64,000 bases of DNA from an uncultured Actinomycetota bacterium. GTDB taxonomy: Bacteria > Actinomycetota > UBA4738 > HRBIN12. The stretch covers positions 11,337 through 75,336 of the forward strand of contig CAVTTD010000040.1 in NCBI GenBank assembly GCA_963737525.1, read 5' to 3'. This document shows, piece after piece, positions 40,514 to 53,257 of the stretch. The position numbers were made by a program, and so were the translations under genes. Position 1 is the first letter of the stretch. Each line of letters opens with the position of its first letter. Below the pieces are notes generated by a model. It saw only the letters and a list, made by a program, of their open reading frames with translations, did no database searches and was not told where the DNA came from.

Positions 40514-41005
40514 GTGGCCTTCCTCGGGCTCGGCTCGAACCTCGGAGACCGCTTGGCGAACCTCCAGGCCGCGGTCGACGCGCTCCAGGGTGAGCCCGGG
40601 CTCCGGGTGACCGGCGTCCAGCCGTGTGTGGGAGACGGTGCCGGTGGGCGGGCCGCCGCAGCCCGACTACCTGAACGCCGTGGTCCGGGTCGAAGACCGA
40701 CCTGTCGGCACGAGATCTCCTCGAGGTCGCCCGCCGCGTCGAGTCGCGCCTGGGTCGCGTCCGCGAAGGAGCGCTGGGGCGCTCGCACGATCGACGTCGA
40801 CATCCTGCTCTTCGACGACGAGACGATCGACGAGCCCGACCTCGTGGTGCCGCATCCGCGGATGACGCAGCGAGCGTTCGTCCTCCTGCCGCTGCTCGAG
40901 CTCGAGCCCGACCCGATGTTGCCGGACGGCACGCGGCTGAAGGACGTGCGGGTCGACACCGACGGGGTGACGCCGTCGGCGCCTCCGCTCGCCGTGCGCC
41001 GATGA
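40514..41005 (+). pseudogene. folK: 2-amino-4-hydroxy-6-hydroxymethyldihydropteridine pyrophosphokinase; compensating frame switches
   Basis: [41 protein letters not shown]. The middle segment [23 protein letters not shown] is in ORF 40626..40865. Confidence 0.8.
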
Positions 41006-42384
41006 CCGCCACGTGCTTCCGATGCGATTGGGTCGGTGAGACGAGAGGTTCGGCGTGTCCTTCGTGCGGAGCGCCGCTCTACCGCTCGCCTCCGCTCGAT
41101 CGGAAGCGGCGTCCCGCGGCTCCGGGGGGTCCGTCTCCATCAACTCCCCGTCCATCGCTTCATCCTGAACAGCCGTCCCCCTCCCGAGATCCCGAGGATC
41201 GTCCACCGTTGCCCGGGCACCCCGTCACCACGAGCGACCGATCGGTGTTCCTTCTGGTCGGGCTGCTTTTCGCCGTGCTCGCGTTCCTGCTGACGCGGGG
41301 AGGTGGTCCCGACGTCGAGCCGAGGCGCGTCCCCCCGTCTTCGCCTCTGCGCAGGCAGTCGGGCGGGCTGCTCGTCTACGCGGCGCCGGACCGGCAGGGA
41401 ACGGAACGTCTTTGGCGTTGGAACCTCGTCACGGGGACGGTGGCGAGAGGTCCGCTGATCCGTGAGCCGATCGCGATGGTGAACGTCGGACTCCCGGAGT
41501 ACGGTCGGTTGGGGCTGACGTCAGACCTGGGGAACGGGGTGCGGGAAGCCGTCATCCTCGACTCACTCGATCCCGGTGCCGTGATCACTCCGCTCGGCCG
41601 GGCCGACTTCGTCACATGGGCCCGACATGGCGCCTCCGCCATCTTCGTCGACCGTGGGCCGCTGCTCGACGGATGCAGGCGGGAGGTATCGGTGTTCGTC
41701 GAGCAGGTGCGCGTCGAAGGCAGAGAGGTCGTCATGCACGACACGATCTGCGGCGACGTCCTGTCGGTCGGACGAACGGGCATCGGGTATTTCCTGACGG
41801 AACTAGGACTCGGGCGGGTCGACGTCGTCGGCAAGGGATACCCCGACGCGGGGGTGCTCCTCGAGGGCTATGGCGTGATCGCGATCTCTCCCGGCGGCGA
41901 CATGCTGGTGACGCCCGGAACGGAGTTCCTGCCCGCGATCGTGCCGGCGAAGCCGGCGACGGGCGACTACGACCCACCACCTTCCTGGGTCGCCGGGCAA
42001 GCGTTCGCCTACCAGCAATTCCGTGGGCCCCCGGTGCCGTACCTGGTCCGAGGGGTGGCCCTTCGGGTCGACGAGGTGCTCGGCTACGCGCCGGGCGAGA
42101 TCACCGCCCTCGTGATCGGACGCCTCGGCGGTGACCGCCCCGGGTTGTGGGAACTGCCGCTCGGTGTCGCGAGGGTCGAGTCGACCACGCCTCGGTACGT
42201 GGCGGAGGTCGGAGGGGTGACCGCTGCCGCCTACGCGAACGACGGGTCGGCGTTCGTGGTCACGGAAGGGCACCTGTGGTTGCTCAGGAACCATCGCCTG
42301 AGCCCGCTCGACGTCCCCGAAGGCGCTCCGGCGCCGAACGGTCCGCTGGTCTGGATCGCGCACGAGCCGACGGCGGACGGGTAG
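41002..42384 (+). CDS. Zinc-ribbon / Pro-rich linker / single-TM / beta-rich (propeller-like) domain protein, unknown function
   Basis: [37 protein letters not shown], ~350-aa extracytoplasmic domain. ATGA overlap with folK. Intact 460-aa ORF. Confidence 0.55.
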   Translation: MTATCFRCDWVGETRGSACPSCGAPLYRSPPLDRKRRPAAPGGPSPSTPRPSLHPEQPSPSRDPEDRPPLPGHPVTTSDRSVFLLVGLLFAVLAFLLTRGGGPDVEPRRVPPSSPLRRQSGGLLVYAAPDRQGTERLWRWNLVTGTVARGPLIREPIAMVNVGLPEYGRLGLTSDLGNGVREAVILDSLDPGAVITPLGRADFVTWARHGASAIFVDRGPLLDGCRREVSVFVEQVRVEGREVVMHDTICGDVLSVGRTGIGYFLTELGLGRVDVVGKGYPDAGVLLEGYGVIAISPGGDMLVTPGTEFLPAIVPAKPATGDYDPPPSWVAGQAFAYQQFRGPPVPYLVRGVALRVDEVLGYAPGEITALVIGRLGGDRPGLWELPLGVARVESTTPRYVAEVGGVTAAAYANDGSAFVVTEGHLWLLRNHRLSPLDVPEGAPAPNGPLVWIAHEPTADG

Positions 42385-42420
42385 CGCGCGAACCCGAGGC
42401 CCGTTCGCACGCAGATGTGT

Positions 42421-42437
42421 TGCGATACTCGAACGCA
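42421..42437 (+). promoter_or_regulatory. Possible extended -10 promoter (TGcGATACT) giving a leaderless transcript for the DUF2520-panC operon
   Basis: GATACT at 42424-42429 is preceded by TGC. Only 7 nt separate it from ATG 42437, and there is no SD. No convincing -35. Confidence 0.3.
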
Positions 42438-43300
42438 TGAAGGTCGCGGTGATCGGCGCGGGGACGCTCGGAACGGCGATCGCGGTGCTCCTCGAGGCGT
42501 CGGGTCATCGGATCGTGGGGATCACCGGACGGGAGGAGACGCGGCGTCGTGCGAGCTCCCATGTGCCGCTGGCGCCCTTCCTCGAGCCGGCTGAGGCGGC
42601 CGCCGCCGCCGAGCTCGTGGTGATCGGCACTCCCGACGATGCGATCGAGCCGATGGTCGAGGCGCTGGCCGGAGCGGCGGCGGTCGGTCCGGGCACATGG
42701 GTGTCGCATCTGTCCGGATCGCTGGGGCTGGACGTGCTTCAGCCCGCCGTCGAGGCCGGCGCGCGCATCCTCGCGATCCATCCCCTGCAGACATTCCCCG
42801 ACGTGGGTTCCGCGCTCGCTCGCCTCCCCGGTTGCCCGATCGCGATCACCGCGAACGACGAGGAGGGGTACCTCCTCGGCGAGCGGCTGGCGGTCGACCT
42901 CAAGGGCGTGCCGTTCCGACTCTCGGATGAGTTCCGGCCGCTGTACCACGCGGCCGCCGTGTTCGCGTCCAACTACGTGGTCAGCGCATCGGCGATCGCC
43001 GAGTCGCTGTTCGCCGCGGCTGGCGTGCCCGATCCCGCGCAGGTGATGGCTCCGCTGCAGCGCGCCACCCTCGACAACATCGAGCGCCTGGGCGCGGCGC
43101 GCGCCCTCACCGGTCCCGCGGTGCGGGGCGATGCCGGGACGATCCGCCGGAATCTCGAGGCGCTCGAACGGAACGCGCCGGAGCTGATCGCCCCTTACGT
43201 CGCGATGGCGAGAGCGACGCTGGATCTTGCCGAGCGGTCCGGTCGGCTGCCGTCCGGCTCGCGAGGCGAGGTGGAGGACGTGCTCGACCGATGGAGCTGA
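42437..43300 (+). CDS. Rossmann-fold NADP oxidoreductase, DUF2520 family (ketopantoate-reductase-like, usual partner of panC)
   Basis: KVAVIGAGTLGTAIA, ...HPLQTFP, LTGPAVRGD. Overlaps the panC start. Confidence 0.7.
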   Translation: MKVAVIGAGTLGTAIAVLLEASGHRIVGITGREETRRRASSHVPLAPFLEPAEAAAAAELVVIGTPDDAIEPMVEALAGAAAVGPGTWVSHLSGSLGLDVLQPAVEAGARILAIHPLQTFPDVGSALARLPGCPIAITANDEEGYLLGERLAVDLKGVPFRLSDEFRPLYHAAAVFASNYVVSASAIAESLFAAAGVPDPAQVMAPLQRATLDNIERLGAARALTGPAVRGDAGTIRRNLEALERNAPELIAPYVAMARATLDLAERSGRLPSGSRGEVEDVLDRWS

Positions 43301-44167
43301 TCCGAGGCGCCGACGACTTGCGGCGCACGACCACAGTCCTTCCGCGCCAGCACGTCCGCAGGCGGACACGTAGCACCGGTGGGACTCGTCCCCACGATGG
43401 GCTCCCTCCACGAGGGACACGCCTCCTTGATCCGGCGCGCGAAGGACGAGACGGCGCGCGTGGTCGTCTCGATCTTCGTCAACCCCGCCCAGTTCGCTCC
43501 CGGTGAGGACCTCGCCACCTATCCACGTGACGAGGAAGGAGACCTCGAGATCTGCAGTCGGCTCGGCGTCGACGTCGTCTGGGCTCCCTCCGAAGACGAG
43601 GTCTACCCTCCCGGTGTGGCGCTGGCGGAGCCCGACCCCGGCCCGATCGGCGAGACGTTCGAGGGCGCGGCACGGCCCGGTCATCTCCGCGGCGTGCTGA
43701 GGGTCGTCCATCGCCTCTTCGACGTGACCGGGCCGTGCCGCGCCTACTTCGGCGAGAAGGACGCGCAGCAGCTGTTCGTCGTTCGCCGCATGGTGGCCGA
43801 GATGGGGCTGCCCGTGACGATCGTCGGCTGTCCGACGGTGCGCGAGTCCGACGGTCTGGCCTTCTCGTCGAGGAACGCCCGTCTCGGCCCCGAGGAGCGG
43901 GAGCAGGCCGGCTGTCTGTTCCTCGCCCTCACCGAAGCGGCCGCGCTCGCTCGCGCGGGCGAGACGGACGCGGCGATCCTGGTGGCAGCGATGGGGCGCG
44001 AGATCGGCGCCACGCCGCTCGCCCGGCTCGACTACGCGGCGGTCGTCGACGACACCACGTTCGAGCCAGTCGCGCACGTCGATGTGCCCGCGAGGGCGAT
44101 CGTCGCGGCACGGTTCCCGTCCGCGAGGCTCATCGACAACCTTCGTCTCCCCGAAGCAACCGGCTGA
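43291..44167 (+). pseudogene. panC: Pantoate--beta-alanine ligase; one frame switch near 43340
   Basis: MELIRGADDLRR (ORF 43291..) then GLVPTMGSLHEGHASLIRRA, FVNPAQF, YFGEKDAQQ, SSRN (ORF 43379..44167). Confidence 0.85.
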
Positions 44168-44242
44168 GTTGTCGCCGCCCGGTCCGTGGGCCACGATGGA
44201 CCGTTCCTCCACCGACCGCACGATCTGTGCCTGGAGCCCGCG

Positions 44243-45009
44243 ATGCTGCTCACCGCCGATGTCGGCAATACGGAAACCGTGCTCGGGGTCTTCGACGGCC
44301 CGGAGCTCGCGCAGACGTGGCGCCTCTCGACCCAACCCGAGCGTTCCGCCGATGAGCTCGCGCTCGTCTTCTCAGGGTTGCTCGAGCATCGAGGCCTCTC
44401 GCTCGAGAAGCTCTCCGGCCTCTGCATCGCTTCGGTCGTTCCCGACGTCACTCAGCAGCTCCGGGAGATGGCGGCCCGGTACCTCTCGTTCGAGCCGCTG
44501 GTCGTGGGTCCGGGCACGAAGACCGGCGTTTCGATCCTGACGGACAATCCGCGCGAGGTCGGAGCGGACCGGATCGTGAACACGCTCGCGGCCTTCACCC
44601 GCTTCGGCGGGCCCGCGATCGTGGTCGATTTCGGCACCGGCACGAACTTCGACGTCGTCTCCGAGCACGGCGAGTTCCTCGGCGGGGTGATCGCGCCCGG
44701 CCTCCAGATCTCCGCGGCCACCCTGGTGCAACGCGCCGCGAGGCTCACCCGTGTCGAGCTGGAGGCGCCGCCGTCGGTGATCGGCAAGAACACCGTGGAG
44801 GCGATCCAGTCGGGTCTCGTCTTCGGCACTGCCGGCGAGGTCGACGGGATCGTCGAGCGGATCCGGCGCGAGCTGGGCGGCGCGACCACGATCGCCACGG
44901 GGGGATTGGCACCGGTGGTGATCCCCACTGCGAGACGATCGACCATCACGAGCCGTTCCTCACGCTCGAAGGCCTCCGACTGGTCCACGGGAAGAACGTG
45001 GATGGCTGA
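44243..45009 (+). pseudogene. coaX: Type III pantothenate kinase; one frame switch at 44923-44926
   Basis: LLTADVGNTETV, GADRIVN, VVDFGTGTNFD, GGLAPVV. With C5 instead of the observed C4 the protein ends IPHCETIDHHEPFLTLEGLRLVHGKNVDG-stop (TGA 45007-45009). As assembled it runs into the lysS frame. Confidence 0.85.
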
Positions 45010-46534
45010 GCAGGGAGGTGCGGGCGGACGCTCCCGAGAAGAGGAGGTCCTGCTCGCCCGGCGGGAGTCCCTCGAGCGCCTCGGCGCCAAGGCGTTCGCG
45101 ATCAACCTCCGGGAAGCCCTCGGCGTTGACGAACCGACGCCCGCCTCGGCGGTCCGGGAACGCTTCGGGTCGCTTCCTCCAGACCGCAGGGAGCAGGAGA
45201 TCGTCACCGTCGCAGGGCGCGTCGTCCTGAAGCGGGACATGGGCAAGCTGAAGTTCGTGACGCTCCGGGACGGAAGCGGAGACATCCAGCTCGTGTGCGA
45301 TCAGACGGAGCTGGACGAGGAGAGCTTCGCGCTGCTGGACGAGATGGACCTCGGGGACATCATCGGCGCCACCGGACGGGTCGGGACCACCCGTCGAGGC
45401 GAGCTATCGATCTTCGTCGAACGCTGGGCGATGCTGACCAAGTCCCTCCGGCCGTTGCCGGAGAAATGGCACGGGCTGAAGGATCCCGATCTCCAGCAGC
45501 GCCGGCGTTACCTGCATCTGATCGCGGACGAGACGCCGCGCCGCTATCTGATGGCGCGGGCGGTGCTCCTCCGCGCCCTGCGCGAGGTCATGCATCAACG
45601 GGGGTTCGTCGAGTTCGAAGGCCCGATGCTGCAGACGGTGGCAGGAGGCGCCAACGCCCGCCCGTTCACGACGTTCCACGAGGCACTCGGCATCGAGACG
45701 AAGCTTCGGATCTCCCTCGAGCTCTACCTGAAGCGGCTGCTCGTGGGTGGGATCGAGCGGGTGTACGAGCTCGGGCGCAACTTCCGGAACGAGGGCATCG
45801 ACCGCGATCACAACCCGGAGTTCACGATGCTCGAGGCCTATCAGGCGTACGGGGACTACACGACCATGATGGAGCTCTCCGAGGTACTCGTCCGAGAGGG
45901 CGCACGCGCCGTGAACGCAACGATGGGGCGCGATCCCGGGACCCTCACGATCCCCTGGCGAGGGGGGGAGATCGATCTGGCCCCGCCCTTCCGGCGACTC
46001 ACGATGCTCGACGCGGTCTCGTCGGCCACGGGGGAGCAGATCACCTTGGATCGCACCGATCTCCCGGACATCGCGGAGCGGCACGGTGTCCCGATCGACG
46101 GTGCCTGGGGTCCGGGCAAGATCGTGGTCGAGCTGTTCGAGAAGCTCGTCGAGGACACGATCGCGGAGCCGACCTTCCTGTGCGACTTCCCTCGGGAGGT
46201 ATCACCCCTCGCGAGACCGCACCGATCCGATCCCGGTCTCACCGAGCATTTCGACCTCATCATCGGTGGCGTGGAGCTGGTCACGGCCTTCTCCGAGCTC
46301 ACGGATCCGTTGGAGCAGCGGGCGAAGCTCGAGCTCCAGCAACAGCTCAAGGCGGCGGGCGTCGAGGAGACCCATCCGCTGGATGAGGACTTCCTCCGTG
46401 CCCTCGAGCACGGCATGCCACCGGCGGGGGGGTTGGGGCTCGGCATCGACCGGCTCCTCATGGTGCTCACCGACGCGCCGTCGCTCCGTGACCTCATCAT
46501 GTTCCCCACGCACCGGCTCGAAGCGACCGACTGA
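45002..46534 (+). CDS. lysS: Lysine--tRNA ligase (class II)
   Basis: OB-fold region VTVAGRVVLKRDMGKLKFVTLRDGSG, class II motifs YELGRNFRNEG, GGLGLGIDRL. ATG 45002 overlaps the coaX end. Confidence 0.9.
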   Translation: MAEQGGAGGRSREEEVLLARRESLERLGAKAFAINLREALGVDEPTPASAVRERFGSLPPDRREQEIVTVAGRVVLKRDMGKLKFVTLRDGSGDIQLVCDQTELDEESFALLDEMDLGDIIGATGRVGTTRRGELSIFVERWAMLTKSLRPLPEKWHGLKDPDLQQRRRYLHLIADETPRRYLMARAVLLRALREVMHQRGFVEFEGPMLQTVAGGANARPFTTFHEALGIETKLRISLELYLKRLLVGGIERVYELGRNFRNEGIDRDHNPEFTMLEAYQAYGDYTTMMELSEVLVREGARAVNATMGRDPGTLTIPWRGGEIDLAPPFRRLTMLDAVSSATGEQITLDRTDLPDIAERHGVPIDGAWGPGKIVVELFEKLVEDTIAEPTFLCDFPREVSPLARPHRSDPGLTEHFDLIIGGVELVTAFSELTDPLEQRAKLELQQQLKAAGVEETHPLDEDFLRALEHGMPPAGGLGLGIDRLLMVLTDAPSLRDLIMFPTHRLEATD

Positions 46535-46749
46535 AGCGATCGAACCGAACGTCCCCCTCGTGCCGAACATCACCCGTCGCTTGTCGTCCGCGTCACATCG
46601 CTCAGCAGGGGGTTGCCGGTACGTTCGACCGTGGTCGACCGCACCGAACCGATGGGGTCGATGAAGCAGATGCCCGGAGCGCCGCGGAACGATGGCGGCG
46701 CGCACGCCGGGGAAACAGGGGGTGGCCCCGTCGCACCCGGGGCATCCAT

Positions 46750-46782
46750 GGGGGCCGGCTCGCCTTCGGCGAGCCGGCCCCC
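46750..46782. terminator. Strong GC hairpin (GGGGGCCGGCTCGCC-TTC-GGCGAGCCGGCCCCC) between convergent lysS and the small membrane gene
   Basis: 14-15-bp perfect stem read directly. It lies 24 nt downstream of the minus-strand stop (46806) and 216 nt downstream of lysS. There is no U-tract on either strand. Confidence 0.55.
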
Positions 46783-46805
46783 ATCCGATTCTCAGGCCGG
46801 TTCGG

Positions 46806-47093
46806 TCAGCGGTCGCGCGCCCAGCGGTTGCCGACGCCCCTGCCGCCGCCGCCGATCGCGCCGAGGTCGATCAGCACGCCGAGGATCACCAACACGAGCC
46901 CCACGCCCTTCACGCCCCCGTAGCGGTTCTGGGCCACGGCGTAGGCGAGGGTCGTCGTGGGGAGGATGAAGAAGCCGATGAGCGGCCACACCCAGGTCCC
47001 GAACGCGGTGGAGAGGTAGTCGGAGAAGAGCCACAACACGACCATGATCGTGCGCGGGAGGAAGAGGACGAACAGGACGATCAGGCACCCCAC
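46806..47093 (-). CDS. Small membrane protein (3 predicted TM helices), unknown function
   Basis: 95-aa ORF, hydrophobic throughout (LIVLFVLFLPRTIMVVLWLF..., WPLIGFFILPTTTLAY, LVLVILGVLIDLGAI), 22 nt downstream of the receiver gene. Confidence 0.5.
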   Translation of the reverse strand: MGCLIVLFVLFLPRTIMVVLWLFSDYLSTAFGTWVWPLIGFFILPTTTLAYAVAQNRYGGVKGVGLVLVILGVLIDLGAIGGGGRGVGNRWARDR

Positions 47094-47115
47094 GCGGGGA
47101 CCTTACCCCGCCGAG

Positions 47116-47484
47116 TCAGCTCGGGGCGGACGTCACCTCGTGGAGCACCAGGAGGATGTCCTGGAGACCCTTGCCCTTGGCGACGAACCCGGATGCTCCG
47201 GCGCCGCGCGCGGCCCGTTCCACTCCCTCGTCCGCGTGCGCGGTCAGGATGATGACCGGCAGGTCGGGCGCGGAGGAGTGGATCCGCTGCATCGCCTCGA
47301 TCCCGGAGATGTCCGGCATCGACAGATCCATCAGGATGACGTCGGGCTCCAGCTCTTTCGCCCCGATGCATGCGTCCTCGCCGCCCGAAGCCTCGCCGGC
47401 GACCTCGATGTCGCCGACGAGGCGGAGCGCCGACGCGAGCGCCTTCCGGAAGGCGGGGTGGTCGTCGACAACGAGCACTCGCAC
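47116..47484 (-). CDS. Single-domain response regulator (receiver only)
   Basis: VLVVDDHPAFR, ILMDLSMPDISG, VIILTAH..., FVAKG. The start GTG 47484 is uncertain; the ORF extends to 47565. Confidence 0.7.
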   Translation of the reverse strand: MRVLVVDDHPAFRKALASALRLVGDIEVAGEASGGEDACIGAKELEPDVILMDLSMPDISGIEAMQRIHSSAPDLPVIILTAHADEGVERAARGAGASGFVAKGKGLQDILLVLHEVTSAPS

Positions 47485-47823
47485 GGGTCTTCTGACTCTC
47501 CTTCGTCGACGCCGAACCGCAGGATCCGGCGTCGAAGCCTCGGGGAGGCTCCCGTGCAGGGACACGAGGAGCGCTTCCCTCGATGCTGCCAGTCGACGCG
47601 TTCCGGTGCCACGGCCTTCCGGGGTGATTCGCCTGGTCCGAATGGTCTATGTTGCGTCTCCCCCATGTCGTCGGAACATATCCGGACCGACTTCTCTCGC
47701 AGAACTCATCCCCGGACGGACTTCTTCCGAAGACGAAGATGAGAGACGGATCTCGCAAGCGGACGGGTCCGGGAAGGACGGAACGGATGTGGCGCGGCGT
47801 GCTGGCGTATCGGGGGCGCTGGG

Positions 47824-47829
47824 TATACT
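47824..47829 (+). promoter_or_regulatory. Candidate -10 hexamer TATACT for clpC (about 120-nt leader)
   Basis: This is the only good TAnnnT in the 380-nt intergenic region. It is followed by a 9-bp hairpin at 47839-47870. The -35 is weak. Confidence 0.3.
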
Positions 47830-47948
47830 GCGTGCAGAGAGGCGCTGTGACCGGAAGGGAGCGGCGCCTCATGTACCTCGAGGGTAGGACGTGGTCCGAC
47901 GATCCTCGGGGCCGGACGGACGAGTCGCCGCCTGGAGGGATGTAGCGC

Positions 47949-50439
<2,491 letters not shown>

Positions 50440-50650
50440 GTCGATCCCGCGTCAGGCGCCGCGCGTCGGAGCGCGGCGTGAAGGCCGAAGCCCGGTCCCC
50501 GTTCGGGAACCGGGCTTCTCGGCACTCTGGGTGGTCGCCGACTCCGGGAACCGGATGAAGTCACCTGCCTGCATCGCCTTCCCGGATGCCGCCGCTAGGT
50601 CGAACGCTTCGGCCATCAGGATGAACCTTGAGGGGATCGCAGCTCGAACG

Positions 50651-52233
50651 TCAGACGACGTCGACCCAGAGGGTGTCCGTCTCGTCGTCGAAGGCCAGAG
50701 CCCTGATCTCGGCACCGAACGGGATCTCCGTGACCGCGCGGGTCTCCTCGTCGACGCGTCGGATCACGCCGTCTTCGTCCCCGACCCACACCGCTCCGGA
50801 GCCGACCGCGAAGCCGGAAGGGATCCGCTCCCACCGGCACTTGGTACCTCACGTCGTTCGTCGCAGGGTCGATCTGGGAGAGCGTCCCAACGCTCAGGGA
50901 CAGCGCCCACACCCCCACGTCACCCGAGACGAGGTAGGCGGGGGAGGTCGGCATGTCGATCTCCGCGACGAGACGCATCGTCTCGGGGTCGTACCTGCCG
51001 ACGGTTCCGGCAACGGTGTCCACCGTCCAGACCGATCCGTGGCCGAACGCGATCGCGTCGATCGGGTCGAGACCCGTTCGAGTCCGGTCCCGGGCCGTCG
51101 CAGGGTCGAAGCGGACGAGTCGCCCGGAGCTCGTGCCGAACCACACGAACCCTCCGCCGGCCACGACGTCGGACGAACCGTACCCCCCGGGGGAAAGGGG
51201 ATCACCGGCCGTTGCTCGTCCGTCGCCGGATTCACCTCGATGAGGCCATTGTCGTACGCGAACCAGATCTTGTCCGAGCCCTCGGCGAGGTTGGCCGAGA
51301 ACGGGACGCCCCGCGTCTCGAGCGTGATGCGCGTTCGAACCTCCGAGCGTGAGGGGTCGACGTGGAAGAGGTCTCTGAACCGGACGGTCCAGACACCCCC
51401 CTGGCCCACAACCATCGAGTGCTGCGACGTCGGGAGCGTGACTCCGGGCACCTACACCCTCCGGACAGGGACGGGGATCGACTTCAAGATGGGTGGCACC
51501 CGCTCGGGATCGACCTGCACGACGGCCCCCGAGGGTGGCCCGGTCGATTCCGTGCGGTCTGGTTCCTCGGGCTGCTGGCCGCGAGTGGCGGCGAAGGCAA
51601 CGGCCCCGATCGTGACGAGGCCGGCCAGGGCACCGACGACGAGGGTCGGGCGGCGCGGCCGCCCCGGCCGGCGGACGGCTCGATCGCTGCGAGACGTTCC
51701 GCCGCTTCGGCCGCCGGGAGCGGCCGCGCCCGCTGCTCGTCGTTCACGCCGGTGACGGCGAAGACCTGCCAGGTACCGGGGACGCCCTTCAGCTCGTGCG
51801 CCGAGAAGTCCTCGAAACCGAACCCCGAGCCGGTCACGAGCTCCTTCGTGGTGCTCGTGACCAGGATGTCGCCGGCATCGGCCAGCGACATCACCCGCGC
51901 ACCGATCACCACCGCGATGCCGTGGGTCTTGCCGGCCTGATCCTCCGTCTGGCCCGTGTGGATGCCGGAGCGGATCTCGATGCCGAGGCTCCGGACCTCC
52001 TCGGCGAGCGCGGCCGCGCATCTGATCGCCCGGTCCGGCTGGGGGAAGGTGGCGAAGAAGCCGTCGCCGGCGTGGTCCTCCTCCTTCCCCCCGAAGCGCT
52101 TGAGGGCGGCCCGCACGAGCCGGTTGAACCGCGACGAGAGCTCGCGGTACCGAGCGTCGCCCAGTTGCGCCGCGATGTGGGTCGACCCCACCACGTCGAG
52201 CATCAGCACCGTGGCGATCCGGCGCTCGGGCAT
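50651..52233 (-). pseudogene. Class III cyclase-homology domain / single TM / beta-propeller (NHL/YncE-like) protein; at least 4 frame switches
   Basis: RRIATVLMLDVVGSTH, HAGDGFFATF, IHTGQ, VVIGARVMS. TM LVVGALAGLVTIGAVAFAA. Repeats with GGVWTV / GSVWTVD / GVWAL / GAVWVGD. C-terminus ...LAFDDETDTLWVDVV-stop (50651-50653). Pieces lie in ORFs 51484..52563, 51452..52939 (end), 50894..51451 and 50616..51164. Confidence 0.65.
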
Positions 52234-52277
52234 GGGCGGAGTATCCGCCCGCGCCCGGGTCGGGCTCAACCGTCGCT

Positions 52278-53034
52278 CTAGAGGAGCGGGCGCAGCTCCT
52301 CCGGGACGAGGTCGGCGAACGTCCACGCCGTCCAGAGGTCGTCGGCGATCCGCGCCGGATCGCGGGAGACCCCGCGACGAGCGAAGTGCTCGCAGATCCG
52401 TTCGACGTCGCGGGCGAGCAGCGACTTCGGCGTGGCGGTTCTTCTTCGGATCGACGGCCTGCGGCAGGTCGATCACGGAGATCCGCCCGTCCCACACGAG
52501 GATGTTGAACGGCGACAGGTCGCCGTGGACCACGTCGTGGAAGAGCATCCGCTCGATCGGCACGGATGCACTGCTCGAGGAGATCCTCGGCCTCCGCGTC
52601 GCCCGTGGGGCGATATCGATGGAGCTGCGGCGCGGCGTCGTCCTCGTCGCCGATGTAGGACATGAGGATCGCGTTGTCGGTGGCTTCGATCGGACGGGGG
52701 ACGGGCGCCCCCGCGTCGAACAGCGCGCGCAGGGTCTCCCATTCGCGGCCGACCCAGATGCCTCCCTGGACCTCGCGACCGAACCGCGTCTTCTTCTCCA
52801 GCGCGACGCGGATCCGCCGCTCCTTGATGAACTCGCCGTCTCGGTAGAGCGACTCGTCGCGGAAGTCGCGCCGGTCGAGCGGGTGGTAGATCTTCAGCGC
52901 CGCCAGCTCTTCACCGGTCGTGCGCGGGTTCGCGCGCACAGGTGCACGCTCGCTTCCTTGCCGCTCTTGATGGGTCTGATGACCCGTTCGATGAGCCCTT
53001 CGTCGAGGAAGTGCTCGATGACTTCGTCATGCAA
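52278..53034 (-). pseudogene. RIO-family atypical serine protein kinase; about 3 frame switches
   Basis: IKSGKEASVHLC (ATP-binding loop), ILMSYIGDE, VVHGDLSPFNILV (catalytic loop), VIDLPQAV (metal-binding loop). TTG 53034 has an AAGGAG 7 nt upstream; in-frame GTG 53169 is an alternative start. Confidence 0.65.
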
Positions 53035-53257
53035 CGCGGGTGCTCCTTCTGATTCGCAGGGATACGGGCATGAGCGAACGCCGCGTCCTACGGGAGCTAC
53101 CGCGTGAGAGCCGGACGGCTCAGCGAGAGACGGAGGGACGCTGCGCGCTGACGGTGACCGTGTGGGCACTCATCTCGCATCCCTCCTTCGTTCATCGGTC
53201 GGCGCGACCTCCGCGCCGAGCCGAGCGAGTATACGGGCTACGGGGCGGCCAGGTCGC

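Noticed and set aside
44186-46534. A 782-aa ORF that looks like a CoaX-LysS fusion protein
   Set aside because: The CoaX part loses its conserved C-terminus at 44923-44926, where a C5 run is read as C4. With the missing base restored, CoaX ends at TGA 45007-45009 and lysS starts at ATG 45002 in the frame the ORF happens to continue in. The fusion is an indel artefact.
47649-47945. A 98-aa ORF in the clpC upstream region
   Set aside because: It has no SD or conserved motif and a composition unlike the neighbouring genes, and it overlaps the candidate promoter and leader hairpin. It is more likely non-coding leader sequence.
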